The notes beneath the pieces were generated by a model. It searched no databases and was not told where the DNA came from. It saw only the letters and a list, made by a program, of their open reading frames with translations. Positions 54,890 through 64,000 of a stretch of DNA of 64,000 nt are shown in pieces. The stretch is from Octopus vulgaris (Eukaryota): assembly GCA_951406725.2 (NCBI GenBank), contig OX597821.1, positions 117,242,001 to 117,306,000 of the forward strand, given 5' to 3'. How positions within the stretch are numbered: the first letter of the stretch is position 1; each line of letters opens with the position of its first letter. The position numbers and the translations under genes are program-made.

Positions 54890-56753
54890 TCAACAGCAAC
54901 AGCAGTAGTTGTAGAAAAATGGTTCTGTGAGTGTTGTTACTATGGTGATGATGGCAGGTTTTGCATCTCACCATAACGTTTATATTAACAGCATTTTATT
55001 GTTGCTAACTTAATAAGGAACAGTGTTTATAGTTAACTATATTTGATTATTGCAAGGTTAGTAAGATGTCTGTGGGGTGGTGGGTCGATAGAGATGACAC
55101 TTGTTTAACCCCAGGTCAACATTGATCAAGCACACTATGATCAAAAGTGTTCCAACCATGACTATCTTGTTGAGTAATTAACTCCAGATTAGTTCCTCAT
55201 TCAGCAGACCTATGATCAAAGGTATGCAAGCCCATAATCAAATTCTGCATTGCTAACATTATCCAGTGTGTTTTCCTCAACATGGTTGAGTATAATCTAA
55301 GTGAAATTTGGCTGCTATTTCTCGCACGTTGAGACTCTCATAATGGCTCATACATATCTATTTTACAAGCATATCCTTCTCTAAGAGATTTCCAGTGTTT
55401 TCTTTGAAGGTAGTAAGGTGTAATGAGGGCAATTTGGCTGTTGTTTCTAGTTGACTGAGCAAGTTCTTAAATGCTCCTTTGTTCTAGAAGTAGTGTTTAG
55501 TTAAGTACATTCTGTAGCTGTTGGTATTTTAGAAGTGTGCCAACGTGCACTATATACCCTCAAACCAAAACAAAACATTTCACACACAAACAAAATAAAC
55601 ATCAAACATCTTGGGTGAATAAAGAAGCTTCTATCTGGCTGTTTGATTTGCTAGAAATAGCAAAGAAATCTCTCTCAAATCAACTGTCCTGTCCCCAATG
55701 CCATCCTAATACATATACACACACACACACACAAAAAAAAAAAAAGGAGCTCACATATGTAACACTAGATGAGTAGAGGATAACATGTATACAGAGTAAT
55801 TCAAAATGTGACAGTTCACCTTGGATTATTAGGTCTTTTAGATCAGAACTTACTTATTTCTACATTTTCATCCTGACTCTAGTAGTATCAACCAATGGTG
55901 GGCAGGGGTTAGCCCTATAGTGACATCAAGAAAGGGGGAAGATGATAAGTTTAGTACAAGGTTCACATGGATTTACCAACAACATCAACACCATGAAAGG
56001 AAACAGTGTGATCATCATCATCATCATCGTTTAACGTCCGTTTTCCATGCTAGCCTGGGTTGGACGATTTTGACTGAGGGCTGGCGCACCAGGCTCCAAT
56101 CTGATCTGGCAGAGTTTCTACAGCTGGATGCCCTTCCTAATGCCAACCACTCTGAGAATGTAGTGGGTGCTTTTTACGTGCCAGTCAGGCGGTACTGGCA
56201 ATGACCTCGCTCGAATCTTTTTACACGTGCCACTGGCAAAGGTGCCAGTAAGGCGACGTTGGTAATGATCACGCTCGAATGGTGCCCTTTTAAGAGCCAG
56301 TTGTCTGCTCTGGCAACAAACACGCTCGGATGGTGCTCTTAGCACCCTACTAGCACGGGCACAAGTGCCAGTAAGGCGATGCTGGTAACGATCACACTCA
56401 AATGGTGCCCTTTTATGTGCCACTGGCACAGAAGCCGGTAAGCCGTTCTGTCAACGATCACCCTTATTGACAGAGTGGCTAACCGGCTTCTGTGCCAGTG
56501 GCATGCTGTTTTTCTTGTGGATCCCATATGTCTGTAATGGTGGTGGGAAGTTTCCGGTGTTGTTATTTCAGCTATGAATTAACCCTTTAACATTTAAACC
56601 AGTCATATCTGTTTTATGTTCAAACTGGCCAGATCTTGCCTCTCATACTTACCTTACAATGTCATTCTAAAAATAAACAATCATATCATTGAAATCTCAA
56701 AGCTACAAGATAACGCATAATTAATTCGAAGTATTCTGAATGAATATGATTTA

Positions 56754-58067
56754 CACGTGGTCTGATCAATAAGTATCTGGACTGTTGCCATAGTAATGAA
56801 GCTAAAGTGCGCAGAGTGAAGCCGCTTGGCACACATTGACCTCGAACTCTGCTGTGCATGTGTACTAAGTTTTAACATTCTAGCTCATTTCTGCAGTACT
56901 TGGAAGGAAGGTGTGTAGTGTGTGATTAACCATAACAGAGAAAGTTGAGCAGAGAATGTGCATTAAATTTTGCCAAAAGCTTGGCGATACCTGCTCAGAG
57001 GCCTACACAAAGTTTTCAAAACGTTTTCATCATTCTCAACACAAAATCAAGAAGATTTTGTGCATTTGAAACTCAAGTTTCTTTTTGGTCAGCTGGGAAA
57101 AAGCACCATCCGAACGTGGCCGATGCCAGTGCCGCCCCGACTGGCTTCTGTGCCGGTGGCACATAAAAAGCACCATCTGAACGTGGCCGATGCCAGCCCC
57201 GCACTGACTGGCTCCTGTGCCGGTGGCACATAAAAAGCACCATCTGAACGTGGCCGTTGCCAGCGCCGCTTTAGCTGGCTTCCATGCCAGTGGCACGTTA
57301 AAAGCTCCAACCGATCGTGGCCGATGCCGGTCCCCCCTGGCACCTGTGCAGGTGGCACATAAAAAGCACCCACTACACTCATGGAGTGGTTGGCGTTAGG
57401 AAGGGCATCCAGCTGTAGAAACTGCCAGATCAGACTGGAGCCTGGTGCAGCCCCTGGCTTCCCAGGCCCCGGTCGAACCGTCCAACCCGTGCTAGCGCGG
57501 AAAACGGACGTTAAACGATGATGAAAGCAGTTTTGGCACAAACTTGGCAGATACGTGTCTCAAACCCAAATCTTCAGTGATAATGGATTGAACTGAATCA
57601 TAACTAACCTGCACATCCTCTAACAACCCACGGATGGTGATTCAACGATTTCCCCTCACACAACTGCACGCACATCTGTGATGTTTTTCTCAGTTCTACT
57701 GGTTGTGGGTCTCCCAGAACGTTCATCAATATCGACATTTTTTTTGGCCATCTTGGAAATGTCTGAACCACTCATACACTTGTATGCAGCTCATGCACAT
57801 CTCTCCATGCACTTTCTGCAACTTTGCATCAGCTTCTGAGCAGGTATCACCACGACAACTTTCTCTGTCATGGTCAATGCAGATGATCACACGCTACACA
57901 TCTTCCTTCCAAGCACTGCTGCAAACAGCACAAGTGAGCTAGAATGTTAAAACTAACGCACATGCACAGCATAGGTCGAGGTCTATCTTTGCCAAGTGGC
58001 TTCACTCTGTGTGCTTTAGCTTTGTTACTCTGGCAACAGTCCGGATACTTATTGATCAGGCCTCATG
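56754..58067. mobile_element. Mariner-derived palindromic element made of two 5' halves, with a nested RTE 3'UTR
   Basis: Inverted arms over 130 bp. The left arm encodes EKVEQRMCIKFCQKLG. The right arm (minus) encodes VYEWFRHF..DERSGRPTTS..EDLGLRHVSAKFVPKLLS. Confidence 0.85.
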
Positions 58068-59720
58068 TTCAACAGAGTAATCTGCATGCTAAAGGTCTAA
58101 AGACAGATCTACTTCGAAAAATTCAGGTCAGGAGTTAGTTTTGCTCATCAGATCTCTATATTTCTGAAGCTAGTGAAGGTATGCAGCTTAATGGTTAGGG
58201 AATTTGGCTCACGGTTGTAAAGGCATGAGTTCAATTCCCAGAGACATATTGTGTCCTTTAAGATATTTTATTCCATGCTGCTCCAGTCCAATCAACTGGC
58301 AAAAATGATTTGTACTTGTAATCCAAAAGGCCAGTCTTGTCACAATCTGTCTCATCTAGAATCTTCCCTGAGAACCATGTTAAGGATTCATGTCTGCAGA
58401 AAGCTTAGCCACTTGCACGTTTAATTTCCCGAGCTAGCTGTTCCATTGGTTGGATTAACTGGAACCTTCATTGTCATAACCCACAGAGTGCCAGTTAATT
58501 AAAGTGGGACAAGTAGATGCAGATGTACTCTTTGGTGTTGTGTAGTCAAGGTCAGCAGTGGTTAAACATGAGCCACAATTTAAAGCATTCCAGCTGTGAC
58601 TAACTCAGCTTTTTTTAATGTCATCGAACTTAGGATTGCATTATACAATGTGTCCTGTCTGTTTGCTTTAACTATTTCATTGCCCTAAAAAAATTGATCA
58701 TTCTGAAATATAACAATACTTTTGTCATTATTATCTTCCTAGAAGGTGGTGGGCTGGCAGAATCGTTAGCACACCAGAAAAATGCTTAGCAGCATTTTGT
58801 CTGTCTTTACGTTCTGAGTTCAAATTCTCCCAAGGTTGATTTTGCCTTTCATCTTTTTGGGGGTCGATAAATTAAGTACCAGTGAAACACTGGGGTTGAT
58901 GTAATCGATTAGTGCCTTGTGCCTTCAGTAGAAAGGATTATTATCTCCCTATTGTCTTTTTTTTTACTTGCTTCAGTCATTAGACTGTGGCCATGCTGGG
59001 GCACCACCTTGAAGAATTTTTAGTTGAATGAATAAACCCCAGTACATGTTTTCTTCTTTTAAAGCCTGGTACTTATTCTATTGGCCTCTTTTGCTGAACC
59101 ACTAAGTTATGAAACAAGTAAAAGAATGAACTTGAAAATGTTGGGGGGAGGGGGGCTTCAACACTCTGTGCCAACAATTAAGGTTCATTGATGGGGCCTA
59201 TTTCCCCTATCCCTAGCTTTGTCTGCTCCAACATGTTCATAATTATAGAGTTAAATGTGGGTAATATTGATTCAAATAGATTAACTTCCATGGCATCAGT
59301 AACTGTAAATGTGCGGAGGGATGGGCGTGGGTGGGGTGCTGAGTTTTTTTTTTATGGTTGAACGCATTTCTTGATTGTGAAACAGCTTTTTCAAAAGTCA
59401 ATAGTTTTATATAATGTGTCTGTGAGAGTGACCGAGTACATTTTGTGTGTGTAGGTGTGAATATAAATATGTTATGCACACATATTTATAAGTGTTTTTA
59501 ATTACATACAAACAACAAACATTAGACTGAATATAGAATTCAATATATATGTGGATGTAGGAGTGGGTGTGGGGGAAGAAGTTCAATTTCCAACCACATG
59601 GATCTCTGCCGAGTCCCACTGTGTGGCACATTGGGCAAGGGTCTTATATGCCTCAGACCAACAAAATCCTTGTGAAAGGATTTGGAAGACGGAAAATGAA
59701 ATATGCCCATCGTATATATT

Positions 59721-59766
<46 letters not shown>

Positions 59767-61153
59767 GAGTTCAATTTTACTAAAAAACAAAAGACAGGTG
59801 TAGGAACAACAAGTAGGTGTATTAGTTTAACAATCCAGAAAAATAGAAAAGTCGTTTATGCTTTGAGCCTACGCTCCTCGACAGAAAGGAATAACAGGAA
59901 ATAAATGAAGAGAGAAAAACTGTGTAGAGTCCAGCAGTCCAAAACACACATACAACCAGGTGAAGCTGCTGGCTCTCCACACCTCAGCCAAACCGTCCAA
60001 CCAATGCCAGCATAGAAAACGGACATTAAACAATGATGATGATGATATATGTATTATATACTCTCTCTTTTACTTGGTTCAGGACTTATTCTTTGTAAGC
60101 CCAGTACTTATTCTATCGGTCTCTTTTGACAAACCGCTAAGTGACGGGGATGTAAACACACCAGCATCGGTTGTCAAGCAACGCTAGGGGGACAAACACA
60201 GACACACAAACACATATATACATATATACAACAGGCTTCTTTCAGTTTCCGTCTACTAAATCCACTCACAAGGCATTGGTCAGCCCGGGGCTATAGCAGA
60301 AGACACTTGCCCAAGATGCCATGCAGTGGGACTGAACCCGCAACCATGTGGTTGGTTAGCAAGCTACTTACCACACAGCCACTCCTGCGCCTATATATAT
60401 ATATATATATATATATATGCTAAGAGCATTTTAAGCCAGCCCGTCATATATGTTCCCAAGATATAATATGAGCTGTTTATATTTATATTATTCTATTATT
60501 AGTAGTATTAGTATTGTCCCATCGTGAAAATTTGCTTATTATTATTATTATATTATTATTATTATTATTATTACTATTTTCAGCTTCGCCTTGTATTGCA
60601 TATTATTTCTCCATACAGGGGTTTTTTCAATGGCGCTTTCGCGGGGTTCCACTATTTCCTCTCTCTCTCCCTCTTTTACGTTGTCTGCCATCCCCCTCTT
60701 CCTTTGCTAAGAGCATTTTAAGCCAGCCCGTCATATTCCCGGTGCACCCGCCTTCCCACCCCACCACCAATACCGGATATCTCTATATTTTTGCTCCATC
60801 TATACCGGATGTCGCTTCTCCCACCACCATTATAGTGTCTACTCTTGAACCCCCTCTTCAATACGCTATTTCAACATGCATTACCCTCTCTTGATATCCT
60901 ACGTTCTACTTGCCTAGAACCTGTCATCATTTCTCTGAACCACCCCTCCCACTGGTGCTCCCCATATTCCCCTCCCCATAAGCACCATCCACGTGGCCGA
61001 TGCGACCCTCTGGCACCTGTGCAGGTTTCGCGGGTGGTTGGCGTTAGGAAGGGCATCCAGCTGTAGAAACACTGCCAGACTAGACTGAGCCTGGGGCAGT
61101 CCGAGCTCCCAGACCCGGTCGGGTTACGGATGTTAAACGATGATGATGATGAT

Positions 61154-61193
<40 letters not shown>

Positions 61194-61197
61194 TCAT

Positions 61198-61256
<59 letters not shown>

Positions 61257-61536
61257 ATACATATATATATATTATTCAAAGAAATTCCAACTCTGTTTTT
61301 TATGTTTTATTTATATCCTTTATAATATTAATGTAGAATATAGAATATATAGCATAAATAATATATATAGTAAAATGAAATGAAGTATTTATCATCATCA
61401 TCATCATCGTTTAGCGTCCGTTTTGATTGTCTTATTGAATAGATGAAATATTGAATATCAAATATTAAGGGACTAGTATACTTTCTTGCATTAAAGCAGT
61501 CTTCAAGGTCTCAGATTGTGACAGAAGTGTTTCAAC

Positions 61537-61589
<53 letters not shown>

Positions 61590-63934
61590 GTGTGTGTGTG
61601 TCTCTTCTCTCATTTGACAACTGGTGTTAGTTTGTCTACCTCCTGGTAACTTAGCTACTCAACATTAGAAAGCGATCAGGTAAGTACCAGGCTTAAAATG
61701 ATACGAATGCTGGGGTTAATTTCTTTAAGGGGTTGTGCTCCAGCCCTGTTGCAGTCCAATGACAAAGAAAAAGCAAAAAATAAAATATGAAATTTAGAGT
61801 TAAATATTTCTCTTTTCACAATTTGAAAAACTCAACCTCCGCAACATTTAGGTCATTGGTACATTGTAATAATATGATACTAAGGCAGCGAACTGGCAGA
61901 ATTGTTAGCACGCCAGACGAAATGCTTAGCGGTATTTCGTCTGCCACTACATTCTGAGTTCAAATTCCACCGAGGTCGACTTTGCCTTTCATCCTTTTGG
62001 GGTCGATAAATTAAGTACCAGTTACGCACTGAGGTCGATATAATCGACTTAATCCGTTTGTCTGTCCTTGCTTGTCCTCTCTGTGTTTAGCCCCTTGTGG
62101 GTAGTAAAGAAATAGGTATTTCGTCTGCCGCTACTTCTCGGAGTTCAAAATCTGCCAAGGTCGACTTTGCCTTTCATCCTTTCGGGGTCAATAAATTAAA
62201 TACCAGTTGTGTACTGGGGTTGATCTAATCGACTGGCCTCCTCCCCCAAAATTTCAGGCCTTGGGCCTAGAGTAGAAAAGAATATTATGATACTGAGCAT
62301 GTGTGTATATGTGTCTATGTATGTGTGTGTGTGTGTATTTGCGTGAGTATATATGTGCATGTATGTATGTATATGTACATTTGTGTGAATATATATACGT
62401 GTACATGTGCGTGTATATATGTGTGTATATATATATATAATATATATGTATATTTATGTGTACATGTGCGTGTATAAGTGTATATATGTATATTGGTGTA
62501 TATATATATGTGTGTGTGCATGTATATATGTATGTATATTTGTGTGAATATATATGTGTACATGCATGTGTGTGTGTATATATACATACATACATATAAC
62601 AAAAAAACTAGTAGCTACAAAATGAAGCATATTGCTGTTTGTCATGAATCATTTAAAAATGTGTGTGTGTAAGTGTGTGTGTGTGTGTGTGTGTGTGTAA
62701 GTGTGTGTGTGTGTGTAAGTGTGTGCGTGCTTCGGAGTAGATGAAATTGCAACCACACCTGTTACATACCCCAACTCATTCTCCTATTTAAACAACGTAG
62801 TTAAGTGTATTTGGGACCAGTGCCAAATGTGGTCAAAACAAAACAAAACAAAATAAGTAAATAAATAAACAAAACAGAGGATGCTGATGATAAGCGAGAT
62901 GCAAGCTAGATTCTAATTTTACTTATTCGTTTACCAATGGAAGGAGACCGACCATCCATTGCATCACTTTTGTACATCATTGTACCAGATACGATGCGGG
63001 GTGCAGCACAGGGAGAAAGAGAGGGCAGGGTGATATAACAAGCTGATATTTGATCTGTGCGACTGTAACATGAATCTGATGAAAATAGCTTCGTTAGAGA
63101 ATACTGGTTAATTACCCACTTCACAGGAGGAACAGTTTGTTTTGCTTTGCCTTTACAGCAGCACACTGGGGTTTGCTCACTTGTCAAGGGCAGCTACGGG
63201 TTGATTGCTGTGATGATATATTGCAGGCGACATTTTCAAACAAATTTCAAGCATTAAGGCGCTGAGCTGACAGAATTGTTAGCACCCTGGGCAAAATGCT
63301 TAGCAGCATTTCATCTGTTTATGTTCAGAGTTCAAATTCCACCAAAGTCAACTTTGTCTTTTATCCATTTTTTTTTTTGGCGGTTGGGGGGGGGGGGGTG
63401 CTGTCCATGAAATAAATACCAGTTGAGCATTTGGGTTGATGTAATCAACTTACCCAGCCCCCCCCGAAATTGCTGGCCTTGTGCCAAAATTGGAAATGAA
63501 TATTTTTCAAACAAATTCTAGGCTCTCATCATCATCACCATCACCATCATCATTTGAATGTCTAGGTTTCCATACTTGCATGGTTTGCATGGAATTTTTT
63601 GAGGTTGACTTTCAATGGCCAGATTCCCTTCTTGTTACCAACCGTCACCTGTTTTCCACTCAATGTAATATTTCCATATTGCCAGACATAATTTCATAGA
63701 ATAATGTAAACAAATGGTGTAGCTTGTATGTTAGTGACACTCATTTACAGCTTCACCATGATGATGACACAAGGAGACACAAATATACACACACTCAAAC
63801 ATGTATATACATAGACATATATCTATACACACACACATCTATCTTGTATCATACAGACAAGTAATATTTCGAACATAGTATAGCTGTGAAACAGCAAGAA
63901 GATTGGGCATTTTACGCTTATATGACAGAAAAAG

Positions 63935-64000
63935 TTGTCAGCTGACAGCCATGGGGTTTGAACCTGCACCTCCCAGACACTGGCTCTGTACTCTACCAAT
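63935..64000 (-). mobile_element. tRNA-like SINE head, cut by the window edge
   Basis: Minus strand ATTGGTAGAG...GGTTCAAACCCC (A- and B-box-like). Confidence 0.5.

Noticed and set aside
60418-60736. 32-bp direct repeat TGCTAAGAGCATTTTAAGCCAGCCCGTCATAT, 287 bp apart
   Set aside because: The repeat is real but I cannot assign a mechanism; probably a transposon-end duplication next to a (TA)n tract.
62906-63230. GC-richer segment that might hold UBE2G2 exon 1 or another exon
   Set aside because: No frame resembles MAGxALKRLMAEYK or any family I recognise, and the frames are short; probably an old transposon remnant.

Overview
AT-rich, microsatellite- and repeat-dense eukaryotic DNA. The SINE/LINE content looks like an octopus (coleoid cephalopod) genome; this is inferred from repeat style and not verified. 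The only protein-coding gene I can support is UBE2G2 (Ubc7-type ERAD E2) on the minus strand. Four GT-AG exons (31234-31315, 22662-22780, 20655-20795, 17804-17916) splice in frame to the stop codon. The expected ~43-nt first coding exon was not found, so it probably lies beyond 64000. Nearly all other ORFs in the track are microsatellite artefacts or transposon fragments (CR1 and RTE LINEs, Tc1, mariner, piggyBac-type MITEs, Helitron/Helentron derivatives, several tRNA-derived SINEs). Most interesting: (1) fold-back elements with a tRNA-like Pol III head and minimal, dimer-type hammerhead ribozyme motifs in their inverted arms, typical of Penelope-like elements (PLEs); (2) a 16-nt candidate microexon in UBE2G2 intron 1 that is either a poison exon or part of an alternative N-terminus; (3) several large intronic hairpins that could be ADAR substrates.
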